64,000 nucleotides of DNA from Parafilimonas sp. (GCA_036274175.1 DASUGF010000083.1:79004-143003), one strand, 5' to 3'; shown: positions 48,829 to 58,213, counted from the first letter of the stretch. Notes: generated by a model not told the origin, from the letters alone. Made by a program: numbers and translations.

Positions 48829-49608
48829 GTGAATACGGCGACATACCAGATAAAACTACCACAGTTTGAAGGGCCTTTTGACCTGCTGTTATTTTTTATA
48901 GAGCGGGATGAGCTGGATATTTATAATATTCCTATCAGTAAAATAACCAAAGACTTCCTTGAGTATATCCACCAGCAGGAAAAACTGAATATTGAGCTGA
49001 GCAGCGAGTTTATTTTATTTGTATCCACCCTGATGCGTATAAAGGCAAAGATGTTGTTGCCGAGAAAGGAGCTGGATGCAGAGGGTAATGAAATTGACCC
49101 GAGACAGGAACTGGTTGATAAGATCCTTGAATATAAAAAATTCAAGGAGGCCGCGTCGCAAATGGCGGAAATGGAAGCCATGCGCATGCTGATGATGAAG
49201 CGTGGTAACCTTCAGAAAGAATTAATGCTGGTTGGAGAAGAAGCTTCGGAAGGAACCGAAATTCAAACGGTAACCTTATTCCGTTTAATGAAGGCGTTTG
49301 AACGCGTGGTAAAGCGCATGAATGAACGGCAGAATAAACCTGTGCACACCGTAATACAATATAACTACACTATCGAAGGCAGCCGTGAATTCATGCTGAA
49401 TACAGTGCAACAGCAACGTTTTGTTTCCTTTGAAAAGATCTTCGAACAATGCGAAAACCGCATTCATGCCATATTCCTTTTTCTTTCGCTGCTTGAATTG
49501 GTTCAGCAAAATTATATGACCATCTTAAGCGGCGAAGGCCGGAATAATTTTATCCTCGAATGGAACGAGGCCCGTGTGGAGGAGCCGGCGCCGCCGGCAG
49601 TTGAATAA
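48829..49608 (+). CDS. scpA: segregation and condensation protein A
   Basis: EGPFDLLLFFIERDELDIYNIPISKITKDFLEY is the ScpA N-terminal motif; 259 aa. Confidence 0.8.
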   Translation: MNTATYQIKLPQFEGPFDLLLFFIERDELDIYNIPISKITKDFLEYIHQQEKLNIELSSEFILFVSTLMRIKAKMLLPRKELDAEGNEIDPRQELVDKILEYKKFKEAASQMAEMEAMRMLMMKRGNLQKELMLVGEEASEGTEIQTVTLFRLMKAFERVVKRMNERQNKPVHTVIQYNYTIEGSREFMLNTVQQQRFVSFEKIFEQCENRIHAIFLFLSLLELVQQNYMTILSGEGRNNFILEWNEARVEEPAPPAVE

Positions 49609-49632
49609 GAATCATTACTCTTTTCATTTTTG

Positions 49633-50079
49633 TTATTGCTTAGCATTATCTGCCAGTTGCGCTGTTGCCGCTGCCGCTAATCCACCCATTAAATATAAAC
49701 CTATGGTCATAAGTTGTGTGCCTAAAGTTTTATTGGCTGGCTGTTCTGAAAGGCCAAGCGGCCCGGGTAAAACAACAGCACTTACACCCGCTGCCAATCC
49801 TAATAAAGCGCCGCGAAGCCATGCACTTTTTTTACTCCCGGATCCTGTAAGACTATAATAGGCTGTATCGCAAATAAGTTCTCCGCCTACGGCCCACCGT
49901 TGAAGTTCATCCTCCCCCGGAACTTGTTTGTTAATGCTCTTTAATCCTTTTCGTATCAACTCCATATCGAGCAGATCCATTCGGGGTGCAGCAGGCGTTA
50001 TTCTTCTCAGGGCTTCATGGAGAGAAGCTACGGTAACGGTTCCGGCTAATCCTCCTGCTAATCCTGCAATTGCTTTCAT
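49633..50079 (-). CDS. hypothetical small membrane protein (Gly/Ala-rich)
   Basis: 148 aa. N- and C-terminal hydrophobic Gly/Ala-rich segments. No catalytic motif. Confidence 0.4.
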   Translation of the reverse strand: MKAIAGLAGGLAGTVTVASLHEALRRITPAAPRMDLLDMELIRKGLKSINKQVPGEDELQRWAVGGELICDTAYYSLTGSGSKKSAWLRGALLGLAAGVSAVVLPGPLGLSEQPANKTLGTQLMTIGLYLMGGLAAAATAQLADNAKQ

Positions 50080-50617
50080 ACAGATAAATTAATGGATTAT
50101 TAAATGTTCTGTAACTGAACTATATCACCTGAATCATGAAAATATAATGCCAGAACCAGCGGCTAACTTCCTTATTGATTGATTTCTTCGTTATAATTCG
50201 ATTGAGTTGTTGTATAAATTGTTTGCCGATGAGCTATCTTCCTCTGGACAAAAAAGTAATCCAAAGACTTGCGTTGGTTTTGAATCATAAAAAGTCTGTG
50301 GTAATCGGATACAACCATTGAATCATCCGTTTTACGTTGAGATTTTTCGCTGTAGGGTATACCGCATCAGCATCTATCAGTTGTTTTGTATGAAACGATT
50401 TGCTTGTGTGCTAACTGTTGTTGATGAAAAGAATAAAAATAAAAATTTGTTTGCTATTGAAGTAAAGAAACTTTTTACCTGCCATCCAAAAATTAAATTC
50501 TCAGATCATAAAATGAAGTGATTTAAAACTGATAGTTTTTGAATTAAACGTGATATTGTTTTCCCTGTTTATGAGGGAACTTTCAGCAACAAGAAATTCT
50601 TACTAAGAACTTTTCTC

Positions 50618-51724
50618 ATGAGAGTATATAAATATTCCCCTGTTATGGCATTTGTATTGTTACTGTTTGGTTCCTGCAAAAAAGACGCCGTCAGTATCAA
50701 TAATAATAACGATGATAAGGAGCTGCTGCAAAAAGATGCAACGGTACCGGACAATTTTGGACTGAAAATAAATTTTTCAGCTTACGGATATCCCAAATTT
50801 AATGGAGGCCATCTTTGGACGGGTAACAGCACTTTTCTGATTGCAGCGGAATCGGATATTATTGAAGCAGACTTTAACAAGAAAACTTTAACGGACATCG
50901 CACCGAAAAGTGGTGGCCTTTTATTAGGCCTGACCGGAGATAAAAATGCTGTTGTTTTTGCAGGTCGATTAAATAACGGGTCAGGTTTTTATACTTATGC
51001 TTTGCCGCAAGGCCCTTTTAATTTTATAGGCTCTTTGTCCAATAATGAGTCAGGCAACGCAATTGCATTTGCTAATAAAGTCTTGTATTACAAAGGCACA
51101 AGCCCCCCGCAGCAACCCTGTGACGGTTTTTGCATCCCATTACCTGGTACAGGCTTAATAGACGCACATCTCTTTTGCATAGATATGATGACCCAAAGCA
51201 AGACTGATTTAGGAGACCTCTATCCTGTAAAATTTTCAGACGGTGGAAAATATGCGTTAATCAACTCCACTGATTGGAGCGGTCAATCTTACATACTTGA
51301 TATGAATAGTCTGCATATTATTGACTCCTTTCCAACACAAACATCTGGCAGTAATTTGATATGGAAGGACGATCTTTTAATTCTAAGTTCAGATGTTATA
51401 TCTTCTCCAGGTAAAATTGAAATTACCAATGTGAAAACCAATGAAGTAAAGGAAAGTTATGAATCTGAAACAATGCTTATTGATTCGAAATTCTTTTTAT
51501 CATCCGATGATGACATAATCATTTATACAGGTCCTTGTCTTGGTTCAGATTGCGCTTATGCGATCTGGACTTTGAATCGCATAACAGGAGAGCAAAAAAA
51601 AATCGTCTATACTTCGGCTGGTTCATTTCAAACATCACCTTTTGAAGAAGTTAGTATTTCGCCCGATCACAAAAAAGTTGTGTTCCGTTATATCAATGAC
51701 CTGTATTTAAAAGAACTTCAATAA
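50618..51724 (+). CDS. hypothetical lipoprotein
   Basis: Signal peptide and lipobox (VLLLFGSCKKD). 368 aa with no recognised domain. Possibly a beta-propeller. Confidence 0.45.
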   Translation: MRVYKYSPVMAFVLLLFGSCKKDAVSINNNNDDKELLQKDATVPDNFGLKINFSAYGYPKFNGGHLWTGNSTFLIAAESDIIEADFNKKTLTDIAPKSGGLLLGLTGDKNAVVFAGRLNNGSGFYTYALPQGPFNFIGSLSNNESGNAIAFANKVLYYKGTSPPQQPCDGFCIPLPGTGLIDAHLFCIDMMTQSKTDLGDLYPVKFSDGGKYALINSTDWSGQSYILDMNSLHIIDSFPTQTSGSNLIWKDDLLILSSDVISSPGKIEITNVKTNEVKESYESETMLIDSKFFLSSDDDIIIYTGPCLGSDCAYAIWTLNRITGEQKKIVYTSAGSFQTSPFEEVSISPDHKKVVFRYINDLYLKELQ

Positions 51725-51923
51725 AATTAGTTAGAAAGAGGTTTTCGGAAATAGTTCTAAAATCCATTGAACTTTCTGCCTTATGCTGAAATTTTCCGGT
51801 GTGAAACATACACCATCAGCATCCATCAATTGTTTTGTATAAAACTATTTGCTTTTTAAACAGATGAAGATGAATGTTTTTGTTTGTAACTGTTTATAGT
51901 TACAACATCATTAGTTTAAAATT

Positions 51924-52050
51924 TGAACCATATAAGGCACGTTAGAAACGACTTGTGCCGCTATAGGCGTGGATAGATCTGTACAAGTCCCTGTGTGTTT
52001 TCTATTGTGCTTTATGTACTATGGTGGTTCAAGCCGGGACACTGCAGGAG
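51924..52050 (+). ncRNA. candidate structured cis-regulatory RNA element, copy A (leader of SulP permease)
   Basis: Outer inverted arms gaaccatataaggcacgttagaaacg / ttctattgtgctttatgtactatggtggttc enclose an inner hairpin gacttgt...acaagtc. A homologous copy at 58298-58410 has an identical outer stem but a different inner hairpin sequence. Confidence 0.35.
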
Positions 52051-52158
52051 AAGCCATCTCTCGCAACTTTTCATTAGTTTACGCTGAATTCCGTGTTGAT
52101 TACTTCCTGCTCAGGAAAACTGAATTTACAAGTATTGTAAACGAAACCAAACAAATTA

Positions 52159-53880
52159 ATGAAACCGGCATCCTCATCAGCAAATGGATGGAAACGATGG
52201 CTACCCGGCCTTCAGACTTTTAGCGATTATAAATTATCATGGCTTACAAGTGATGTAACAGCCGGTCTGGTGCTCACGACCATGTTGATACCCGTTGGTA
52301 TCGCATATGCCGAAGCTTCAGGACTGCCCGGTATTTATGGTCTTTATGCAACCGTTATACCGCTTATCTTGTATGCGCTGTTTGGCCCGAGCCGTATCAT
52401 GGTATTGGGCCCTGATTCTTCCCTGGCGCCAATTATTCTTGCAGTTTTGTTGCCCCTGTCGGCGGGTGACCCGGTGAGAGCGGTTGCGCTGGCCGGCATG
52501 ATGGCCCTGGTGTCAGGTGCAGTTTGTATTATCACTGGTTTATTGCGTTTGGGATTTATTACCGATCTGCTTTCCAAGCCTATCCGGTACGGTTATATGA
52601 ATGGTATTGCGCTCACCGTACTGATCAGTCAGCTCCCAAAAATGCTGGGAATTTCGATAGACAGCAGCGGGCCAGTGAGGAACGTTATTTCCATAGGCAG
52701 GTCAATCCTGGACGGGAAAGCAAATTTGGCCGCTTCGGTAATCGGCTTCAGCACATTGGCTATTATCATGTTTCTTAAACGCTATAAACGTGTGCCCGGA
52801 ATTTTACTGGCAGTCGTGGGCGCAACCCTGGTAACCGGTATCTTTCATCTCAACGAGAACTATGGAGTGAAGATTTTGGGATCACTTCCGCAGGGCTTGC
52901 CATCGTTTACCATACCACTGATTCCTTTGGCAGACATGAAGGATGTGTTCATTGGCGGATGCGCCGTTGCGTTGGTTGCTTTTGCGGATACAAGTGTATT
53001 GTCACGCATTTACGCGATCAAAACGAAAACGCATGTTGATCCAAACCAGGAAATGATCGGTTTAGGCGCAGCAAATTTTGTGGCCGGATTTTTCCAGGGA
53101 TTCCCGATCAGCAGCAGTTCTTCCCGCACGCCGGTAGCAGAGGCTTCAGGGGCCAAAACGCAGTTGACCGGTGTTGTAGGCGCTGTTTCAGTTGCGTTGT
53201 TATTGTTATTTGGAGCTGATCTGTTAAGAGATTTGCCCAACAGCGCCCTGGCAGCGGTGGTAATTGCTTCAGCAATCGGGCTTTTTGAAATTGGTGACCT
53301 GCGCCGGATCTTTCGCATTCAACAGTGGGAATTCTGGTTGTCGATCGCCTGCTTTTTGGGTGTGGCTGTCTTTGGCGCCATTCCCGGGATAGGACTGGCG
53401 ATCGTAATTGCAGTGATAGAATTTCTGTGGGACGGCTGGCGTCCACATTATGCCGTTTTAGGCCGTGTAGATGGAATAAGAGGTTATCATGATATCAAGC
53501 GATATCCCAGCGCGCGGTTGATACCTGGATTGGTATTGTTCAGGTGGGATGCACCTTTATTTTTTGCCAATGCAGCACTTTTTAACAAACAGGTATTAAA
53601 AGCGATCGCAGATTCTCCCACTCCCGTTAAACAGGTGATCGTTACCGCAGAGCCTGTTACCAGTGTGGATGTAACTTCTGCTGATATGCTTGCTGAATTG
53701 AAAAACACATTGGATACTTCAGGAGTTGAATTGCATTTTGCGGAGATGAAAGATCCTGTCAAAGACAAGCTCAAACGTTTTGAGTTATTGCAAATTTTGG
53801 GAACGGACATTTTTCATTCGACGATAGGTGCAGCTGTGGATGATTACTTGGAGAAATATAAGATTGAGTGGAGGCCTTGA
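52159..53880 (+). CDS. SulP-family inorganic anion permease with C-terminal STAS domain
   Basis: 573 aa. LSWLTSDVTAGLVLTTMLIPVGIAYAEASGLPGIYGLYATVIPLILYALFGPSRIMVLGPDS is the SulP N-terminal signature. The C-terminal region VLFRWDAPLFFANA is STAS-like. Confidence 0.85.
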   Translation: MKPASSSANGWKRWLPGLQTFSDYKLSWLTSDVTAGLVLTTMLIPVGIAYAEASGLPGIYGLYATVIPLILYALFGPSRIMVLGPDSSLAPIILAVLLPLSAGDPVRAVALAGMMALVSGAVCIITGLLRLGFITDLLSKPIRYGYMNGIALTVLISQLPKMLGISIDSSGPVRNVISIGRSILDGKANLAASVIGFSTLAIIMFLKRYKRVPGILLAVVGATLVTGIFHLNENYGVKILGSLPQGLPSFTIPLIPLADMKDVFIGGCAVALVAFADTSVLSRIYAIKTKTHVDPNQEMIGLGAANFVAGFFQGFPISSSSSRTPVAEASGAKTQLTGVVGAVSVALLLLFGADLLRDLPNSALAAVVIASAIGLFEIGDLRRIFRIQQWEFWLSIACFLGVAVFGAIPGIGLAIVIAVIEFLWDGWRPHYAVLGRVDGIRGYHDIKRYPSARLIPGLVLFRWDAPLFFANAALFNKQVLKAIADSPTPVKQVIVTAEPVTSVDVTSADMLAELKNTLDTSGVELHFAEMKDPVKDKLKRFELLQILGTDIFHSTIGAAVDDYLEKYKIEWRP

Positions 53881-53920
53881 TGTGATATTGCAATTGAAGA
53901 CGATAAAGTATACTTCGTCG

Positions 53921-53975
53921 CAGCAGGGTCTTCATAGCATAGCTAATGAGCAAAGGATGAGACCCTGCGTCTTGT
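53921..53975. repeat. REP-like palindromic element, type 2
   Basis: gcagggtcttcat-agcatagctaatgagcaaagg-atgagaccctgcg. A second copy lies at 58514-58575. Confidence 0.6.
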
Positions 53976-54071
53976 CCAGGCAGGAAAACCAACGTTTCAG
54001 AACCAGCACATCTGGCAGCTAAGCCTTACGGGAAACTCTTCCATTCAACACTTATTTCATAAATTAGCTGC

Positions 54072-54650
54072 ATGTCAACCCGTACAATTCATTCCGAATC
54101 CAGCTTATATTTCATAACCTTTACCTGTTTTAATTGGCTGCATCTCTTTCAACTTACCAACAGTTATGACACGGTTTATAAATGGTTCAGCCATCTTAAA
54201 GAACAAAAGAATATAAAAACTACTACCTACGCCCCGAAAGCTTTCGGGGTGCCCAACCATGTTCATTGTATTTTATTCTTTCCTTCACCAGATTTTTCAT
54301 TAAACAAAATCATCAGCAATGGAAAACGATTTATAGCGTATGAAATAATTAATAGATTAGAAGCAACAAATCAAACCGAAACATTAAATGAATTAGAATC
54401 AGCTTTAACTGCAAAAGAAAAAACTAAAGGTCAAAAACATAAAGTATTTGAAGAAAGCTTTGATGCAAAAAGCATAGATAATAAAAAGTTCTTTTTAAAG
54501 AAGTTGAACTACATTCATTTAAATCCGTTCGTGGTAATTGGAACTTAGTAACCGACTGGAGAGAATATGAACATAGCAGCGCAGGGTTTTATGAGTTACA
54601 GCAAGTAAAACATTTTACTCCGGTTCATTATGAAGAATTAGAATAAAACG
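54072..54650 (+). pseudogene. REP-associated tyrosine transposase (RAYT, IS200-like Y1 HuH), frameshifted near 3' end
   Basis: The HuH motif VPNHVHCILF and the Tyr region KRFIAYEI are present. The frame breaks at about 54535: aatccgttcgtgg here, against aatcctgttcgtgg in the duplicated copy. With the missing T restored, the ORF continues ...NPVRGNWNLVTDWREYEHSS...EELE to 54650. Confidence 0.65.
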
Positions 54651-54701
54651 CAGGGTCTCGTAGCCGCACACAAGCCTTTACGAAGACCCTGCTGTGACGT
54701 G
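54647..54701. repeat. REP element, type 1 (contains GTAG)
   Basis: aacgcagggtctcgtagccgcacacaagcctttacgaagaccctgctgtgacgtg. The inverted arms are gcagggtct / agaccctgc. Confidence 0.7.
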
Positions 54702-54998
54702 AATAGATTAGAAGCAACAAATCAAACCGAAACAGTAAATGAATTAGAATCAGCTTTAACTGCAAAAGAAAAAGCCAAAGGTCAAAAACATAAAGTATTT
54801 GAAGAAAGCTTTGATGCAAAAAGCATAGATAATAAAAAGTTCTTTTTAAAGAAGTTGAACTACATTCATTTAAATCCTGTTCGTGGTAACTGGAACTTAG
54901 TAACCGACTGGAGAGAATATGAACATAGCAGCGCAGGGTTGTATGAGCTACAACAAGTAAAGCATTTTACACCGGTTCATTATGAAGAATTAGAATAA
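54699..54998 (+). pseudogene. partial tandem duplicate of RAYT 3' two-thirds (99-aa fragment)
   Basis: 54704-55055 is a ~352-bp near-identical tandem copy of 54351-54701. The duplication junction falls exactly at the REP end, gacgtg|aatagattagaag. Confidence 0.65.
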
Positions 54999-55054
54999 CA
55001 CGCAGGGTCTCGTGGCCGTACTCAAAGCCTTTACGAAGACCCTGCTGTGACGTG
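54999..55054. repeat. REP element, type 1
   Basis: acgcagggtctcgtggccgtactcaaagcctttacgaagaccctgctgtgacgtg. Confidence 0.7.
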
Positions 55055-55073
55055 ACTTACTCACCAACAAAAC

Positions 55074-57326
55074 CTATGTCAGTTTTACCACCTGCGGAAA
55101 AAACGGTTGGTTGTAAAAACGTTTACCGGTTGCTTTATACAATGCATTGGCCAGCGCACCGATAGCAGGCGGGCCGGATGGTTCTCCCATACCCGTGGGG
55201 TCTACTTCACTTTTTACAAAATGTGTTTCTATGTTCTGTGGGGCTTCTTTATGCCGTATCAGCCTGTACCCGTCAAAATTACTTTGATCGGGTACCCCGT
55301 TTGTAAAGGTAATGGCGCTAAACATGGCATGCCCGAATGCATCTGTTACAGCACCGGCAGACAGGTTATTTGCGGCATCAGGATTTATAACAATACCGCA
55401 ATCCACCGCAGTGGTTACTTTTTCAATTACCGGTTTATTGTCTTTCATTACGATATCAACAACATGCGCCACATAACTCCGGTGACAGAAATAAGCCGCC
55501 ACACCTCTTGAAACACCCGGTGCAGGTGTGTCCCAACCGGATTTTTCTTTTACCAGTTTTAATACGCCTGCATAACGGTCAATTTCATAATCATTGTCCT
55601 TTCCAACCGGTTTGCTTTTTGCTTTTTCAAAAAGGTCTAACCGCATTTGAATGGGATCCTTACCCATTGCTTCCGCTACTTCATCCAAAAATGATTGCTC
55701 GGCCCCGGCTATAAAATTTGATGCCGGCGCCCTGAAAGCACCTGTGGTGATATTAGTAGGGATGTCCCATTGCTGGGCGAGATAATTATCTATGGCGCCT
55801 GCAGGGAACCTGTTTGCATGCAACGGGCTCTCCGGGATACCGCCTGCTATTACATGAAAGGCGATCAAATTTTTATTTTCATCGAGCGCTGCCCGGTAAG
55901 CAGCATGATATGCCGGTCTGTACACACCGTTTGTCATATCATCTTCTCTCGTATAGATCAGCTTTACCGGCGCTTTCATTTTTTGCGAGATAACCGCCGC
56001 TTCCACACCAAAGTGCCCATACAGCCTTCTTCCAAAACCACCGCCCATACGGGTCATCCTTACTTCTACTTTATCCAGCGGTAACCCCAGCCTGTCTGAA
56101 ATGGATTGTTCAAGAAACGAAGGTGTTTGCACGGGGCCGGTAAGTATGGCGCTGTCATCTTTTACATCAGCAAAAAAATTCATCGGCTCCAGGGTACTAT
56201 GTGCAAGAAAAGGGCAGGAATAACTTCTTTCAATAATGGTGACTGCTTTTTTAAAGGCAGCTTCGGGATCGCCATCTTTTCTTATTGTTTTGATCTTTTT
56301 TGCAGGAACAGAAGCCATTTGCTGTATATGAACAGCAGTATTTTCAAAGCCGGCAGGCGTTATTATCTCCACGTTATCACCAAACAGGTTTAATTTTTTA
56401 CTGCTGGCTTTTATGGGTTCTGTTTCTGCCTTAAAGGCTTTTTTTGCCTGCATAACCTGCCAGGTAGATTTGCCAACAATGGCCAGCAATTTTGGAAAAG
56501 CGGATACATCACTCCATTGCGTATTCATTTTTGCGGGATAAACGTCAATGTAAAACGCATCAACAATTCCGGGCATGGATTTTAAGGCGCTTACATCGGT
56601 TTCTTTCAGTTGCAGTCCGAATGCAGGAGGATGTACGATCATCGCGATAAGCATACCCTCTTCTTTGTAATCCAAACCAAAAAGCGGCTGGCCCAAAACA
56701 ATTTTCTGACCGTCTACATTTTTACGGCTGGTACCGATAATTTTAAAATCCTTTACTTTTTTCAGTTCAACTTTTTCAGGCGCCGGCAATTTAGATGCGG
56801 CAGAAGCAAATGCACCATAGCCGGCTGATTTACCACTGGCTTTATGCGACAGTACGCCATCTTTTGTTTCTATTTCAGCAACCGGCACTTTCCATTCGTT
56901 GGCGGCAGCCTGTTTAAGCATTGCTTTTGCAGTGGCGCCGGCCGTACGCATGGCCTCCCATGAAGCGCTGATTGAATTACTTCCACCGGCTATTTGCATG
57001 GGTTTATACAAATCGGTATTAAGCGGCGCCTGTTCTACCATCACATTTTTCCAGTCAATGTCCAGTTCCTCCGCCACCAGCATTGGCATACTCGTCTTTA
57101 CATTCTGGCCAATCTCCGGGTTGGGCGACATTAAAGTGACCACGCCATTTTCGCCTATTTTCAAATACCCGTTTAACTGGTACCATTCTTTTGGCAACTG
57201 CAGTGCTCCACTTACCGGCGATTTGCAACCTGTAAATAAATTAAAGGTGAGCAGCATACCGCCTCCTGCTAATGTAGTTACTTTCAAAAAAGAACGCCTG
57301 CTGTGAGATGTTTTTATGCCTGGCAT
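55074..57326 (-). CDS. xanthine dehydrogenase-family molybdopterin-binding subunit (IorB/aldehyde oxidoreductase-like) with Tat signal
   Basis: 750 aa. Twin-arginine motif SRRSFLKVTTLAGGG. Ald_Xan_dh C-terminal Mo-binding blocks (GGGFGRR, ...). Confidence 0.8.
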   Translation of the reverse strand: MPGIKTSHSRRSFLKVTTLAGGGMLLTFNLFTGCKSPVSGALQLPKEWYQLNGYLKIGENGVVTLMSPNPEIGQNVKTSMPMLVAEELDIDWKNVMVEQAPLNTDLYKPMQIAGGSNSISASWEAMRTAGATAKAMLKQAAANEWKVPVAEIETKDGVLSHKASGKSAGYGAFASAASKLPAPEKVELKKVKDFKIIGTSRKNVDGQKIVLGQPLFGLDYKEEGMLIAMIVHPPAFGLQLKETDVSALKSMPGIVDAFYIDVYPAKMNTQWSDVSAFPKLLAIVGKSTWQVMQAKKAFKAETEPIKASSKKLNLFGDNVEIITPAGFENTAVHIQQMASVPAKKIKTIRKDGDPEAAFKKAVTIIERSYSCPFLAHSTLEPMNFFADVKDDSAILTGPVQTPSFLEQSISDRLGLPLDKVEVRMTRMGGGFGRRLYGHFGVEAAVISQKMKAPVKLIYTREDDMTNGVYRPAYHAAYRAALDENKNLIAFHVIAGGIPESPLHANRFPAGAIDNYLAQQWDIPTNITTGAFRAPASNFIAGAEQSFLDEVAEAMGKDPIQMRLDLFEKAKSKPVGKDNDYEIDRYAGVLKLVKEKSGWDTPAPGVSRGVAAYFCHRSYVAHVVDIVMKDNKPVIEKVTTAVDCGIVINPDAANNLSAGAVTDAFGHAMFSAITFTNGVPDQSNFDGYRLIRHKEAPQNIETHFVKSEVDPTGMGEPSGPPAIGALANALYKATGKRFYNQPFFPQVVKLT

Positions 57327-57412
57327 ATTACGACTGTTTAATTGTTAGAAAAGACAGTAAGAAAATTTATAGGATACCATCGCTGCTTTCGGTGGTCTTC
57401 CTGTACAAACGG

Positions 57413-57511
57413 GACGAATTCGATAGTATGAAACTATGTTGCTTCGTTTTAAGAGCGCCTTGTTGGTGACAACACCCAACAAGGGCGAGGTGACAACACC
57501 CAACAAGGGTG
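57413..57511. repeat. ~85-nt repeated hairpin element (copy 1, with duplicated 3' arm) inserted between the two cistrons of the minus-strand molybdoenzyme operon
   Basis: gacgaattcgatagtatgaaactatgttgcttcgttttaagagcg-ccttgttgg-tgacaacac-ccaacaaggg-cgagg-tgacaacac-ccaacaaggg. The ccttgttgg / ccaacaagg stem is perfect over 9 bp. Confidence 0.6.
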
Positions 57512-57532
57512 AAAGTATATTTTCATGGCATC

Positions 57533-57988
57533 TCATTGACCCGTAGCGGTTTTGATTGCCTCCCTGATGCGTACATAAGTGCCGCAGCGGCAAATATTGC
57601 CATTCATGGCAGTTTCAATTTCATCGTCAGTAGGGTGACTATTATTTTTCAACAAAGCGGCAGCAGTCATCATCTGGCCTGCCTGGCAATAACCGCATTG
57701 TGGGACGTCATGTTCAATCCAGGCTTTTTGTACAGGATGATCGCCTTTCTCTGATAACCCCTCGATGGTGGTGATGGCTTTGTCACCCACCGACGATACA
57801 GGAAGCTGGCATGACCGGATAGCGTCATCACCAAAATGAATAGTACAGGCGCCGCACTGCGCAATGCCGCAACCGTACTTGGTGCCAACGAGGTTGAGAT
57901 GATCACGCAACACCCATAACATGGGCGTAGCCGGGTCAACATCTACCTGTTGCTTTTTTCCATTAACGTTTAAATTAAAGATTGCCAT
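57533..57988 (-). CDS. (2Fe-2S)-binding small subunit of the xanthine dehydrogenase family (IorA-like)
   Basis: CGIAQCGACTIHF and CGYCQAGQMMTAAAL...GNICRCGTY are the two [2Fe-2S] cluster motifs; 151 aa. Confidence 0.85.
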   Translation of the reverse strand: MAIFNLNVNGKKQQVDVDPATPMLWVLRDHLNLVGTKYGCGIAQCGACTIHFGDDAIRSCQLPVSSVGDKAITTIEGLSEKGDHPVQKAWIEHDVPQCGYCQAGQMMTAAALLKNNSHPTDDEIETAMNGNICRCGTYVRIREAIKTATGQ

Positions 57989-58130
57989 AGCTAAAATTTA
58001 GGAGGAAGTTTTTTTGAATTATGTTTTAAAAATAATCAACTTGAAGCAAATCATAGTTATGTAATTCAAATAAGAAAATACAAAAATCAAACATAATGCT
58101 GCTTTACTTGCCCTCGTTGGGTGTGTGACC

Positions 58131-58204
58131 GACGAATTCGATTGTATGAAATTATGTTGCTTTTGTTTTGGAACACCTTGTTGGTGACAACACCCAACAA
58201 GGGC
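58131..58204. repeat. ~85-nt repeated hairpin element (copy 2)
   Basis: gacgaattcgattgtatgaaattatgttgcttttgttttggaaca-ccttgttgg-tgacaacac-ccaacaaggg, then REP type 1 at 58214-58270. Confidence 0.6.
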
Positions 58205-58213
58205 GGAGAATAA

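Noticed and set aside
52020-52040. ggtggttcaagccgg resembling a tRNA T-arm (GGTTCRANYC), which could mark a tRNA fragment or attB site
   Set aside because: There is no acceptor, anticodon or D-arm context. The string is part of the 3' arm of the nested-stem element, and its counterpart in copy B reads ggttgaggctg.
51969-52223. 84-aa ORF overlapping the SulP start
   Set aside because: It covers the conserved nested-stem element, and its translation (…CFLLCFMYYGGSS…) has no protein-like character. More likely a non-coding leader.
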